64,000 bases of DNA from Alphaproteobacteria bacterium (GCA_965243135.1 OZ251539.1:5408001-5472000), one strand, 5' to 3'; positions 1-11,499 are shown, counted from the stretch's first letter. Notes: generated by a model not told the origin, from the sequence alone. Translations and numbers: made by a program.

Positions 1-1306
1 CAGCCTTCGAGTGGGTGGAACGACAAGATCAGGGTTCCGAGGCGTTCGCCGGTTTCGAAACCGAGTTGTTCCAGCATACCTACGCGATCTGCCGGGCGGC
101 CGTAGGCGATTACATTGAAGCGCGGGACGTGGAGGAAGGCCCGGTTCGCCGGGAGGGTCAGGTTTTCTACCGGGCTGCACCGACGCAAAAGACCATCCAC
201 ACATTGTTCGGTCCTGTCACGTTCTCCCGCTCGCGGTATCGCGTGCATTCGGGAAGTTCGTCCATCTCGCCGGTCGATGAAAGCCTGGGGCTGGTCGACG
301 GTTATCTCACGGTTCCAGCCGCTTACCGCGCTCTCCTGATCATGGACCACTGTACGCCGAGAGACGCGGTCAAACTCTTCGAAAAACTGGGGGGCATGAA
401 CCCGTCGACGAGCCATCTGCAACGTCTTTTGGTTACGGCGGGCGATCTCTGGAAGGAGAAAGGCGAGGCGGCCATGGACGAAATCCGGAAGGCGAAACCG
501 GTGCCGACGGAGGCGGTTTCTTTCGCTGTCTCGCTCGATGGGGTTGCGCTTCGCCCCAACGGGCGCGAAGAAGCATGCTGGCGCGAAGCGTCTTGCGGGA
601 CGGTCAGTTTCCATGACGCGGACGGCAATCGCTTGGAAACATTGTATTTTTATGCCGGAAGCCGGCAAGGTAACGCTGAAAGCGCAGATCGCGGAAGAGG
701 TCGCCCACATCCGGAAAGTGAGACCCGATCTTCAACTCGTCGCTGTCGCCGACGCCGCAGCCGACAACTGGACGTTTCTTGAGAGGCTTCAGCCCGACGA
801 GCGGGCGATCGATTTCTTCCATGCATGCGAACATCTCAGCGACGTCGCCGACCATGCAGTCGCAACCGATTGGTACGACAAGTACCGTGCCATCCTGCGC
901 GACGATGCCAACGGTATCGACAAGGTCATTCGGGCGATCCGCCATCTTCGCGACAAGGCGACGACTGCGACGGCACTCAAGGATCTCGAACGCGAACTCA
1001 GGTTTTTCCAGAAGCACAGGCGCCGCATGCGTTACGCGGCCCTGAATGCCATGGGTTACACGATCGGGTCGGGTGTTGTCGAAGCCGCCAACAAGGTGCT
1101 GGTCAACCAGCGCATGAAACGGGCCGGCATGCGTTGGAGCATCGAAGGCGGTCAGAACGTCCTCACCTTCAGGGCATTGATAAAGTCAGACCGATTCGAT
1201 TCGGCATGGCAAGCAATGGTCGGAGCAAGCATCGCGAACGACGATCAGGAGGCCATCGCAGCCTGACAATGGAAAACTTGACTTTGGCAATATGAGATTC
1301 ACACCC
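1..1306 (+). mobile_element. ISKra4-like (IS256/p-MULT superfamily) element, copy 1; left end outside window, transposase frameshifted (ORFs 15-782 and 538-1266)
   Basis: Motifs SLDG, WREA..GTV, VADAA.DNW, DFFHA.EHL, IGSGVVEAA.K..QRMK..GMRW; terminal IR ...TTTGGCAATATGAGATTCACACCC ends at 1306; apparently identical to inverted copy 16277-17908. Confidence 0.9.
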
Positions 1307-1757
1307 TCCAGAACCAGGAATTTCCTTTTCGTTTCAACGGACCATTATACTTTTCCGGATCATAGCGTTGCACTGACGGGTTATTCAGTTTGCGATCCGT
1401 TAGCAAAAACCGGTATGCGGGCGGGCTGTACTTTGTGATCGCTTCCACCCAATAAACATTTCGTCCATCTACGATATCGCTCCATTTGAAAGTGAACTGA
1501 ATGTTTCCGTATATCGAACCGTCGTTCCATGTATTGGCAGAGAGCCAAGAGACACATAATCGAAATTTATTCAGCTTGCTTTGGTCGTGGATGAGGCTAG
1601 CGCGAATCCGCCCATCCTCAAGAATTCGCTGCGCTTCTCGCAAATGAGCAACATGATGGACGTGTCTCAGTTCATGGCAATCCTTTGCTGAATAACTCGG
1701 ACTGCACTTCGGCACATGACATGCGTACGAATTCCATTCTAGAGCTTTAGATAGCAT
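1307..1757 (-). pseudogene. 5' half of an IS-split gene, putative ADP-ribosyltransferase-like fold
   Basis: ATG 1757 with GGAGG RBS; reads ...GNSWFW into the IS end; flank TCCAGAAC (1307-1314) is the reverse complement of GTTCTGGA (17909-17916). Confidence 0.75.
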
Positions 1758-2081
1758 AGTACATACACCTCCGTTTCTAGTCAAGCACGATGTCATCACC
1801 TAATTCCTTTACAACGTTGCAAAATTTCATTTTGAAGAAGGTAGATAAAACAGCAAGCGATAGAAGAGCACAAGGAACCGGTCATCCAAATCCGCTCCGC
1901 ACCGTCGACGACTACCGGTGCCGCATCGTCATTTGTCCAAACGGCCCCTCGGACAAGCGGTCCAGCAGGAATTCTAAGGAGTCAAACTTCGGTTCATGAC
2001 GGTCATACTTTCCTCGGCGGAAGACACTATTCTCATCGTTGTGCTGTTAAGGATGCGGATCGAAGATTGACGTCAGGCATT

Positions 2082-2594
2082 TCATTCCTGCGGATTCGGA
2101 TAGTTATCCAATAGAATACGGGTGCCAGCATCGAGATGATCCTTCATCTCGTCATAAAACGCTTTTAAAAACTTTCTCGGGCATGTATTCCCAAGTAGAT
2201 CGCCCCTGCCGTCTTCGAACATATGCTGCCCGTTCGGTCGCCTCATCAGTGTATAGCGACCGGAACCCTCGTGGTACTGAATCTTGATTTCGATAGTCGG
2301 GGGTATCGTGATTTTAAGCAGCGCGCAGGCCAGCGCCTGCTTGTCCTCGGGAAGACGTTGGATGATCGCCATGTGAAGGTCGGAATCGAGTATCGTCCAT
2401 GTTGGCAATCCTCGACTCTGTGGATTGCCGATCTCGTTGTCCTCGGTGCCGTTCCAGCGATAGGCGATCCGCCGTTCCCCGTCCCATTCACCGATGGCGT
2501 AGGCGCCCTGCCCCGAACCTTTGTCCAAAAGGACATCGATCAGTTTCCAACGGGCTTTTGGCGAGATGACTTCGGCTGGTTTGATGTACGCCAT
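2082..2594 (-). CDS. Hypothetical protein (~170 aa, RWNG...GNPQSRGLPTW motif)
   Basis: Clean ORF, GGAGAG RBS before ATG 2594, globular composition. Confidence 0.75.
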   Translation of the reverse strand: MAYIKPAEVISPKARWKLIDVLLDKGSGQGAYAIGEWDGERRIAYRWNGTEDNEIGNPQSRGLPTWTILDSDLHMAIIQRLPEDKQALACALLKITIPPTIEIKIQYHEGSGRYTLMRRPNGQHMFEDGRGDLLGNTCPRKFLKAFYDEMKDHLDAGTRILLDNYPNPQE

Positions 2595-3861
2595 AACGGC
2601 TCTCCGCATTACCTCTGGGATGACAAAATCGCATAGGTATAGCGTTACGTCAACCCCTAGGTCAAATTTTTTTTCGCCCCTTCCAGTTTAAGCGCAAGAC
2701 GCTGGATATGGTGTCTGATCGACCGGTTGCCTCGAAATGTTGTGGAAAAATCAGGCGATGCGGACGGTGAGTGCAAAAATGGAGATTGGGATTGGGGCTA
2801 TAATTACTCGACCGACGACAGACGTTGCCAGAGCCACATGCTGAAGGAATCGGGCTAAGCGGCTCGGCTGCAACCCTACGATGATCAGCCGCGAACCGAT
2901 CCGCAACGCGAGCCCAGTGCAGCTTCAAGAGCCGACCGGCCAGCGACCGAGCGCCGCCACGCAGCGCAGCTTCGGCAGATGACCCCGGAGCGGTGGGGCG
3001 AGGAAAAGTTAGCCCCGCAGTAGAATCTGGAGCAGATTTCGGGACGCCTGCGCCTCGAGGGTCGAGCGGTCAGCCACGAGTGGATCTGCAGGCATGTGTG
3101 GAAGCGGCCTGCTTCACCGCGAAAGCAGCTGGAGGTCGCGGTCCTGCCGGTCGACGGTGCCGCCATGCAGTTGACCACGAGGGAGCCCTTGAAGCCAGAC
3201 AGTGCATCCTGCCAATCCGTTACGCGCTCGCCACGCGTCAACGGATGTGTAAGGCTCCGCGCCGACCGAACCCGGTCTGCACGTCCGGACGGCTTGCCGG
3301 CAGAGCGACAGCTCCGTTCCGAGCGGTCAGAGAAAAGGCTTCCGCCGTCCGCTCGAACACGCACCCGGCCCGATTCAAGGTGGCGTCGGGATCGCCGCTC
3401 GAATCCCGCGTCGAAATGGCGAGAACATGGCGCTCGAAGCCGGACATCAGTTCAACGAGCGCCTTCTCCGGCCAATCCACGGGCGCTTCGCCGATCCGCC
3501 AGCCGTCGAGATTCCCGCGGTATTTGTCGAAGATCTGTTTCACAAACCCGGAAACCGCTGGAACGAACGCCGCGGCGTCGCCGCGGACCACGCAGGTAAC
3601 GTGTGCGCTGAACCGGGCCATCGACCTTCGCCACCGCAGTTTCGGTGATCCCGCTTCTGTGAAGTCATGTCGGCCGCGTCCTGCTGTGCCGCTCAACGGC
3701 CGATTTCTTCGAGGAACGCCGCCTCGATCCGCGGCGGCCCCATTGCCGGCCGGATTGAAACTGCCGCTGTCCCACGCCTCGGTCGGCAACTGTCGACTCG
3801 CACGATCCTGCCGCAGTGCCTCGATCCACACCTGCCGACCGCCATATGGCCGCTAGAACCG

Positions 3862-4490
3862 TCATCGCCGCTTGACGCACATGCTCGACCCGCCCTCGCC
3901 GACCATCTCGCGAAGCGCCTGGAAAGTCGACATGGTGCCTTCCTCGGCGACGGAGAAGGCCGAGTAGACCTCGCTGGTGGCGTCGTCCATTGTGAGGATC
4001 CCACTGCCGACTGGGCGCCCACTCGTGGCGCGAGCCGTCCTGATGCAGCACCATGCCGGGTAGCGCACGCGCGGGCGCTTGCGCCGGTGAGCAGCGCGGT
4101 CCGCGTGGGCCGTGGGCCTGCAAGGTCAGCCGGACCCAGTTGTAGCTGCGCTGGACGCCACGGCAGGCGACCAGCTTCTCGTGAAAGTGCTTGGCGTTGA
4201 AGTCCCGAGTGTCGAACAACTCCAGAATCTGCACCACCTCCCCCGCGCCGGCGCGCCGAGATCCAGCCCGGGCGACGATCGTACAACCCTTCCGCGCCCT
4301 CCGCCTCGTCGCGCCAACGCCGGAAGGTGCGTTCCGAAACGCCCTCCTCCGCCTCGCCATGGCTCAACACCACAGGTGCGACACCTCTTCGAACTTCCTC
4401 AGTCCCTGCCACTGTTCGCCGCAGCCACCCCCTTGGTTTGGAAGCGTTCTAAGAGGGTACATGGACCGGACATATCGTCTGTTGCTGACA
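3862..4490 (-). mobile_element. Degenerate IS1202/ISNCY-like transposase remnant with left end
   Basis: Fragments VSERTFRRWR, KHFHEKL, LHQDGSRHEW, TMDDATSEVYSAF..EEGT in different frames; end TGTCAGCAACAGACGATATGTCCGGT starting at 4490 on the minus strand. Confidence 0.75.
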
Positions 4491-4860
4491 CTCGCCCCTT
4501 TCCCGAAGCGCGTCGCCAGGATGTCGTCGTGCAGCGAGGGCAAGAAATGTCCGTCCAGTTGCGCGGCAAGTCGAACGAGCCATCCGGTTGTTCTGGAGAA
4601 GCTCGTAGATTTGCTTCGGAAAGCCGCCTTGGGTCAGCTCTTCCGGGGGTCCCCTCTTGACGGGCAGGCTATCTCCGCCGGGGATGACCCAGAGCTTGTC
4701 CCTGCGGAGAAGTCCGAACGGATGTTCGGGATGGAGAACCTTGGGGAAGGTCCGAAATCGAGGAGCAGCTTTTTCAGCGGCCTCTCGTACGTTTCATCCG
4801 GATGCCTGCAAGAGGCGCTTGGGGCGATGCGCAGGTCGATTCGGCTCTGCCGGGCATTCG

Positions 4861-5804
4861 TCAGGTCCGCTGGGGCCGGCGCACGGAAATTGACGCCGCC
4901 TTCAACCCGAACCGAATCAGCGTGGCAACGGCGACAGGGAGGAGCCATGGGCCGAAAAAATGCCTCCGGAAATAGCGCAGAAAACCGCGCGTCTTGCACC
5001 ATTCCACCCATACCGGATTGGCATGGCTGGTGCCTCCGTGATGGACTGCCGTCACATGCGGCGCGAAATAGACAGGGATCTCCGCCCGATGCAACCGCAG
5101 GCAGAAATCCAGATCGTCCACGTGCAGAAAATAACCTTCGTCCATTCCGCCCACGGATCGATAGGTGCTTGTCGGCAACATCATGCACGCTCCGCTGATG
5201 ACAGGTACGCGCGTGGTTCGGTCGGGAAGCGGTTCCCGATGAAGATTGAGACGGCACCGCCGGAACGGCGCGAATCTATCCAGCCTTAAAGCTTCCACAA
5301 GGGCGGTGCGGGGCGTGAGAAGAGCGCGCCGCGTTGCGCGTTGCTCGCTTCCGGCGGCGTCGGTCAGGCGGCACCCGAGCAGCCAGTCGTCGCCGAGCTT
5401 CGACGCTTCGGTCAGTAGTGCGGGAATAGCGGCCGTCGCAAGGCGACAGTCAGGGTTCAGCAACAGGAGGTAACGGCCTTTGCTCTCTGCGGCACCGATA
5501 TTGCAGCCGCGCGCGAATCCGACGTTGCCGTGACCGGAAACGATCTTCAGCCGTGGTTCTACGGCCGACATGCATGTCAGCGCAGCGGCCACCGAATCCG
5601 GATTGCCATTGTTCACGAGAATCACTTCGTCCACGCCTCGTTGGTCGGCGGCGAGCACGGCCTCAATGGACTCGAACAGCACCCCCCCCCCGTCTGGTAC
5701 GAGACCATGACGACGCTTACCTCTTCCACACGTGCGCGACGCGCACGCCCCCCCTGCCCGACCGCTGTCGGGCCTGCTCCACGGTGATTTTCAGTCGCAC
5801 GCAT
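4861..5804 (-). CDS. Glycosyltransferase family 2, frameshifted at a C10 run (5682-5691)
   Basis: VSVVMVSYQT (upstream frame), ILVNNG, NVGFARGCNIG, LLLNPD, GGMDEGYFLHVDDLDFC. Confidence 0.85.
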
Positions 5805-5957
5805 GTTTTCTCCCTCAGCAGGGATATAGAGACCTCACGGCCGCCTCGCAATGGCGCGCTCAAAATATCCGGTTGTTGTTTTCGAGGAAGCCACCGGCTA
5901 TGTTCCCTTCCCTGTGTCTGTTCCGCTGGGCGGAATTCAACAACGGAAAGAAGATCG

Positions 5958-6230
5958 ATGGCGGGTTTTGACGAAAACCAACTCACGAAAGGCCACCTTC
6001 GCAAGCTTGAGGCATTGCGCAAGTCCCTCGGGACCGATATCGCCGACGAGGCGTTCGCGAAGTGGATCGCAAGGCAAAGCAAACCGGTTCCCGAAGATCG
6101 CAACGCCGCCGTAATGGCCAGTGCGCTCATGCAGTTGATCGAGCAGGGCAAGTTGAGCGTTCCGCGCGGAGGTTACCTCGTTCGCCGCGGCCGCGGCCGG
6201 GTGATCGTGGAACCCGCAAAGGAAGAGTAG
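5958..6230 (+). CDS. Small hypothetical protein (90 aa)
   Basis: ATG 5958 after purine-rich RBS; protein-like sequence MAGFDENQLTKGHLRKLEALRKSLG. Confidence 0.7.
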   Translation: MAGFDENQLTKGHLRKLEALRKSLGTDIADEAFAKWIARQSKPVPEDRNAAVMASALMQLIEQGKLSVPRGGYLVRRGRGRVIVEPAKEE

Positions 6231-6239
6231 CGGCACGGC

Positions 6240-6600
6240 CTGCGGCGGCGGAAAACCATTCCCCGGTCTCTGCGCCGACGAAGGCGGAACCCGGCTCGGC
6301 CGTCAGCTCCTCATCGCATAGCCGCTGTCGAGGCGCTTCTGCCCGAAATTCCGGTCCAGGCCGCGTACAGTGTGTGGCATCGCTGTGACATCGCTGTCGC
6401 GTAGTACACGAGCGGCTCACGGAACGCCGCGAAGGACGGCAACTGCACGTAATCTCTCGCCAGGCTGCGGTACGCCTTGTCGCCGCCGTGCCGCGGCTCC
6501 GCGCCGGTCTCCTGGAGCCCGCCTCAGCCCCCCGCGTCGCCGGGATCATCTCTTCTCCGGTCGTAGTACCGCCGCGGCAGGCCGTTGACATGTCGCACCC
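6240..6600 (-). pseudogene. Degenerate partial duplicate of the ardC metallopeptidase region
   Basis: DNA aligns by eye with ~7590-7940 (EELTAE.GSAFVGAETG) with many indels. Confidence 0.75.
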
Positions 6601-6740
6601 TTACTCGTCGGCACGGGCTGAGGGCGTTCCTTGACGCCAGGCGGTTCTGACATGCAAGCGACACCGCCGAATCCCGAGAACCCCATCGCCCGGCCGAAAC
6701 CGCCGGATGAGGCGACCACGCTTTGCGAGGACGCCCGGCC

Positions 6741-6950
6741 CTACGCAGGATTCTCCGGCAGGTGCTGCGGAGCCCAGCTCCACTCGGCAACCACGAGGTC
6801 CGCCAACTCCGCGCAGGACGACACCGCCGTCATCCCGCTGGCGTGCCACCGGACGACGGCGTCATGTCCGCGGATTTCGACCACCTCGCCGTGATCGTCC
6901 CACTCGCCGCCCTCGAAGATCTGCACCTTCGTCCCGATGTCGAGCTTCAT
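6741..6950 (-). CDS. Small hypothetical protein (69 aa, SH3-like beta pattern)
   Basis: ORF immediately downstream of ardC, GAGGCGG RBS. Confidence 0.55.
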   Translation of the reverse strand: MKLDIGTKVQIFEGGEWDDHGEVVEIRGHDAVVRWHASGMTAVSSCAELADLVVAEWSWAPQHLPENPA

Positions 6951-6967
6951 TTCCGCCTCTCCCGCGC

Positions 6968-8332
6968 CTACGCCGACACGCCGTAGCTTCGGGCGTGCGC
7001 CCGCTGCGCCGCCCGCTCGGCGTCCTTTTCCTCAAGGGCGCCCTGCCGCTCCGTTCCTTCCTTTCCGGCGCTCCGCTCGCAGCCCGCCCGGAACAGGTCG
7101 TCGCCGGTCCTGCAGATGCGGTCGCCGGCTTCGAGCGCGGCGGTCCCTTCGGAATTCCGGACGAGGAGACTGACCGCGTCCTCCCCCGCGCCGCCGGCCT
7201 CGACCACGAAATCCTCGACCACGGCCTCGACCGCGCGCCGGCCGGCGACCGAGGGCCACGGCCCGGCGCGGACCTCTTCGGTCCACCGGATAAGGTCGCC
7301 GCGGACGAGGTCGTCCGGTCCCGCCAAAGCGCGCGCCGGGACGCCCCGGAACAGCTCCCCCTGCACCGCCGGCTCCGCGGTCACCGACGGCGTCGTCCCC
7401 ACTGCGACCGTCTCTTCCCGGGTTTCCTCCAGGGTCTCCGTCCGCCGGTAGCCCTCGGTCAGCCCGCTCAGGAACTCGGCCGCCTTCGCGGCGTGCGACG
7501 CCGCCGTGAAGAAGGCTTTCTTGTCGTCCTTCATCACCGCCATCCAGGCGCCGATGTAGGCCGCGTGGTCCTCGCGCACCTCCGGCGCGACCCCCGTCTC
7601 GGCGCCGACGAAGGCGGAACCCAGTTCGGCCGTCAGCTCCTCCATCGCGTAGCCGTTGTCGCCGAAGCGCTTCTGCCCGAAATTCCGGTCCAGCCGGTCC
7701 GGATGCCGCGTCCAGTGGGTGATCTCGTGCATCGCCGTCGCGTAGTAGCCGAGCGGCTCCCGGAACGCCGCGAAGGACGGCAACTGCACGTAATCGCCAG
7801 CCGGGCTGTAGTACGCCTTGTCGCCGCCGTGCCGCAACTCCACGCCGGTCGCCTGGAGCCACGCCTCCGCCCCCTCGATCCGCGCCGCCGGGCTCATCTC
7901 TTCCGACTTCCGCTCGTAGTACTGTTGCGGCAGGCTGTCGATCTGGGCGACGTTGAAGACGGTGTAGCCCTTCATGACCGGAACTTCCTTCTCCTCCTCG
8001 ATTCCGGTCTCGGGATCGACCTCCTTCTTCGTCCAGGTCTTGGCGAAGGTGACGAGGACGCCTTTTTCGCCCTTGCGGACATTGCCGCCGAGTTCCTGCG
8101 CCTGACGGTAGGTCATCCAGGTGGGCTTGTCGTAGCCGCGCTCGGAGGCGGCGGACCAGAGGAGAACGACGTTGGTGCCGCGGTAGGGTTCGCCGTTGTG
8201 GCGGAGGGGCAGGGTCGGAGCTGGCTTCTCGGCCTCCACGCCGGTCTCCCACGGGCGTTGCCACGGGCGCACGCCTTTTTCGAGCTGCGCCAGGATCGTG
8301 TCGGTGACCTCCTGGTAGATGTCTCTCGCCAT
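6968..8332 (-). CDS. ardC: ArdC-family antirestriction protein (ssDNA-binding + zincin domain)
   Basis: DIYQEVTD.I...LEKG..PW..PW, YRG.N..LLW, W.TY.QA..LGG.VRKGEKG, HEITHWT, YA.EEL.AE.GSAF. Confidence 0.92.
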   Translation of the reverse strand: MARDIYQEVTDTILAQLEKGVRPWQRPWETGVEAEKPAPTLPLRHNGEPYRGTNVVLLWSAASERGYDKPTWMTYRQAQELGGNVRKGEKGVLVTFAKTWTKKEVDPETGIEEEKEVPVMKGYTVFNVAQIDSLPQQYYERKSEEMSPAARIEGAEAWLQATGVELRHGGDKAYYSPAGDYVQLPSFAAFREPLGYYATAMHEITHWTRHPDRLDRNFGQKRFGDNGYAMEELTAELGSAFVGAETGVAPEVREDHAAYIGAWMAVMKDDKKAFFTAASHAAKAAEFLSGLTEGYRRTETLEETREETVAVGTTPSVTAEPAVQGELFRGVPARALAGPDDLVRGDLIRWTEEVRAGPWPSVAGRRAVEAVVEDFVVEAGGAGEDAVSLLVRNSEGTAALEAGDRICRTGDDLFRAGCERSAGKEGTERQGALEEKDAERAAQRAHARSYGVSA

Positions 8333-8559
8333 CGGCTCCTTCTTTCCGGCCCCGCGGCGCGAACGGGACGAGGGAAACTACTACGCTCTTCCGGCGACAG
8401 AAAAAAGGTTTGCAACCGGTCGCCGGGACGCGCGCGCTGCGGCCGCGGCGTCTGCGGAGTTTCGCGAAACCGGCGAACCCTTGCGTTCCGTGCGGACCTC
8501 TGTCCGTGCCGCAGCGACCGTTACTTGTTGTCGGCTTTTACCTGCCATTCTTCCGCCAT

Positions 8560-8873
8560 GCGTTGCGCGCCCGAGTTCCGATTTCGACAGAAGCCCCGCG
8601 ATGCCATCGCGCAACTCGACAGCCTTCTCGCGTTCCTCGCCGGCCAGCCGGGAGGCGGCCAAGTTCATCCATACATGCGCTCGAAAGTAGTTCTGGGGAA
8701 CGCCCACGCCGAGGAAGTACATGCTCCCAAGCCTGCGCTGAGCCCCGGCGTGTCCCTGTTCGGCGGCGCGGCGAGGCCAGTTCGTTAATTCCGCGTCATC
8801 CGTTTGAACTGTCGCCGAACCGGCCGACGCCGCCAAAACGAGCGCAAGAACGAGAAAAACCTTCTGACTGCCC
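8560..8873 (-). pseudogene. Sel1-repeat secreted protein, disrupted by IS66 just after its start codon
   Basis: AAEQGHAGAQ..LG.MY..G.GVPQNY..A..W..LAA motif; signal-peptide-like KVFLVLALVLAASAGSA; probable ATG lies on the far side of the IS (~11678). Confidence 0.7.
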
Positions 8874-8900
8874 GTAAGCGTTCGGTCGTGGGGTGATGGC

Positions 8901-9773
8901 CTATTCATTGAGGAGCCGCCTCCAGTCCCGGCGCAGGGGTTTCAGCCAGATGTCCTTGACCGGGAGAGCGCGTTCTTTCCGGGTATCGAGCTTGCCGCGG
9001 CCCTGCGTTTTGCCGACCTTGGTCCAGTTGGCGGCCCGGTAGCAGGTTCCTTCGAAGCGCGTGCTCTCGCAGAAGGTCTCCATCAGGGCCGGGCGCAACG
9101 CGTAGCGGCCTTCCCAATCGTCGGGCAGGCGACATTCAACCATGGCAAGGATGCAGGACGCGAGGTTTTTGATCCGGACCCACGGCAAGATCAGGAACCT
9201 TGCATTGTTGACCACGAGAGGCAGGTTGCGGCGGCGGGTCTCGGGATCCCACCCGACAAGCTTGTCCCGCGGCGCGATCTTCCAGGCCGCGGCGCCGAAG
9301 CCGAGGACGGCGAGGGGTTCGCCTCCGGCGGCCCGAACGAAGTATCGCATCTGCGCGCCGGGCAGCGTCGAATAGCCGAGATAGTGGTAGCGAGCGACGA
9401 ACTCGTTCCAGAGGCGGCCTTCGCCCGCGTTCCGGACGGGCTCAACGGCGACGGGTTGGATATCGGCGAGACGCTCGGGGGTCGGGAACGGGGGCCTGTC
9501 GGTCGCGGGACCGGGCACGAGCGGACGGCGGACGACCGGCGCGCGCCTTGGCGGCGGCAAGACGATCACGCCGTCGCGATGCATGCGCAACATGGCGACG
9601 CGCGCGCTCATATCCTTTAGGCCGCCGTCGGGCTTGCGCCAGTCGAGGCGGCGGCAGACCTCCCGCGACAGCGCCCGGCGGTGGAGGCCGCCCCTCGCGA
9701 TCAGGCCGCGGATCATGTCGACCTCGTCCTCGGAGAAGTCGCGCCCGCAGTAGCGGCGGGGGCTGCCGCTCAC
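8901..9773 (-). CDS. DUF4338 (DruA-like) domain protein
   Basis: WNE...YHYLGY..LPGAQMRY, RDK.VGW, VNNARFLILPW, NLAS, ETF, GTCYRAANW..VG.T.GRG; GTG overlaps the tnpC stop (GTGA). Confidence 0.88.
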   Translation of the reverse strand: MSGSPRRYCGRDFSEDEVDMIRGLIARGGLHRRALSREVCRRLDWRKPDGGLKDMSARVAMLRMHRDGVIVLPPPRRAPVVRRPLVPGPATDRPPFPTPERLADIQPVAVEPVRNAGEGRLWNEFVARYHYLGYSTLPGAQMRYFVRAAGGEPLAVLGFGAAAWKIAPRDKLVGWDPETRRRNLPLVVNNARFLILPWVRIKNLASCILAMVECRLPDDWEGRYALRPALMETFCESTRFEGTCYRAANWTKVGKTQGRGKLDTRKERALPVKDIWLKPLRRDWRRLLNE

Positions 9774-11416
9774 GGTCCTTGGGGGAGAGCGGGACGCCAG
9801 GAGCGGAGACGCTCCTCGCCTGCGCCCCACGGCAGCCAGGCAGCAGGGCCTTCGGGCGGCGGACCGCGATGCCGGGCGCAGGCATCGAGATAACCGAGTA
9901 GCCAGCGGTACGGCGAGACGCCGGCCATCTCGAGCGTGCCGAAGATGGAATAGAGCATGCCCGCCAACTGCGCTCCGTCCACGCTATGCGACCCGAACGA
10001 GAGCTTCCGGCCGATCGCGAGGCCGCGCAGGCCGCGTTCGGCGGGGTTGTTGTCCATGGGAACGTCTGCGTTGTCGACGAACACTGTCAGGCCGTCGCGG
10101 TGGCGTAGCAGGGAGTCCAGAGGGCCGCGTTGCGCCGCGCTCTCCGGAAGCGCGTCCCGTGCCTTTTTCGCCGCCGCGAAGAACGCTCCGGCGAATCTCG
10201 CGAGCCGCCGCTGGGCGGCGGCGTTGCCCGGACACGCCAGACGCCTGGCGTTGAGTCGGTACAATGCCGCAATGTGACGAAGCCATTTTTGGGCGAACTT
10301 CGCGAGGTTCGGGTAGCCGGTCTCAAGGTTGATGAAGTCCCGTCTGGCATGGACCCAACAATATGAAAGGACGATGCACCCTTCCATGACGCGCGCCAGC
10401 TTCCGGTAGGCGGAGTAGCGGTCGCAGACCAGGTGAGCCGCCTGTTCGGGCGAGCCGAGCCCCCTGAACAGTTCAAGGGCGGCTTCCGCGCTGCGCGACG
10501 GCAGAATAACGATGCGAACCGCGTCCGCCGACCGGGCGATCCATGCCCAGGCGCGAGCGTTGCCGCCGTCTTCTTCGCCCAACTCCCGTATCCACCACCC
10601 TGTTTCGTCGCCGTGAACGACCGGCGCCTCCGACAGGCGCCGGGAGATCTCATCGTCGAGCGGCTCGAACAGTCGCAGGAATCCCCGCTGAGCGTCCGCC
10701 AACGTGCCGGGCGCAATGGCAAGCCCGTGCTGACCCAGCGCGCGGCAGACCGAGCGCAACGGACGGTGCAGGCCGTACCTCTCCGCCAGGACGTACGCCC
10801 AGACGGAAACTCCGTACCGAGTGTTCGGAAACAGCCGCGCCGGAGCCGGGCCGACGGCCTCCTTTTCCGGTCGGCAGGTACAGGTCGGGCGCAGCCGCTT
10901 CCGTCGAATCCTCCGGACATAGGTGACGGTCCTGGTCTCGATGAGATCCGTGTCCTTCCAACCGTTCGAGACCCAGGCCTTGCCGCAGTCCGGACACGTG
11001 CGCTCGTCCGGAAGCGACTCCTCCTCGCGAACGGGCAGCTCGGGGTGCGGCGTGCGGCCGTGCGACGGCGTTCCCTGACTGCGCCCCCGGCGTCGACCGG
11101 TTGCCGTAGGCTGCCGCTCGCTGCGGCGCCCGAACAACTCCCGGGCAAACCTGCGGCTGCGGGACTTCAGACTCTCGTTCTCTGCCGTCTCTCGGGGCGG
11201 CGCCTCGCGTCTCTTTTTCAGGATTCTAATCAGCGCCATCGCCCGGTGGAAAGCTCCCTGCCACCTCTCGGCGTCGCGGCGAAACTTCTCCGCTTTATCG
11301 AGTGCGCTTTCCAGCGCCTGGCAGAGAGCCGCATTCGCTCGGCATGCCGCAGCCAGAGCTTGGCCGTCGCCCGACAGCTCGGTCCCGGAAAGCGTGCGTG
11401 CAGATTCGACCGCCAT
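9770..11416 (-). CDS. IS66 family transposase TnpC
   Basis: Coiled coil, LFG.RSE, CPDCG zinc finger, HGDETGW, CDRYSAY, CWVHARRDF, MDNNPAERGLR. Confidence 0.93.
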   Translation of the reverse strand: MAVESARTLSGTELSGDGQALAAACRANAALCQALESALDKAEKFRRDAERWQGAFHRAMALIRILKKRREAPPRETAENESLKSRSRRFARELFGRRSERQPTATGRRRGRSQGTPSHGRTPHPELPVREEESLPDERTCPDCGKAWVSNGWKDTDLIETRTVTYVRRIRRKRLRPTCTCRPEKEAVGPAPARLFPNTRYGVSVWAYVLAERYGLHRPLRSVCRALGQHGLAIAPGTLADAQRGFLRLFEPLDDEISRRLSEAPVVHGDETGWWIRELGEEDGGNARAWAWIARSADAVRIVILPSRSAEAALELFRGLGSPEQAAHLVCDRYSAYRKLARVMEGCIVLSYCWVHARRDFINLETGYPNLAKFAQKWLRHIAALYRLNARRLACPGNAAAQRRLARFAGAFFAAAKKARDALPESAAQRGPLDSLLRHRDGLTVFVDNADVPMDNNPAERGLRGLAIGRKLSFGSHSVDGAQLAGMLYSIFGTLEMAGVSPYRWLLGYLDACARHRGPPPEGPAAWLPWGAGEERLRSWRPALPQGP

Positions 11417-11499
11417 GGCAGCCGTATACAAGAACAAAAGAAGAGTGTCCAGGCCTGGGCGATTCGCCTGGCTCGACAGCCCGCTTCGCAACCGAACGC

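Noticed and set aside
640-660. Programmed frameshift in the ISKra4-like transposase
   Set aside because: Copy 3 reads through here in frame (LSFGRMPE). Copies 1 and 2 simply lack a few bases, from mutation or a collapsed-consensus error.
2885-4860. Gene fragments flanking the IS1202-like remnant
   Set aside because: Some protein-like stretches, but no recognisable motif or consistent frame.
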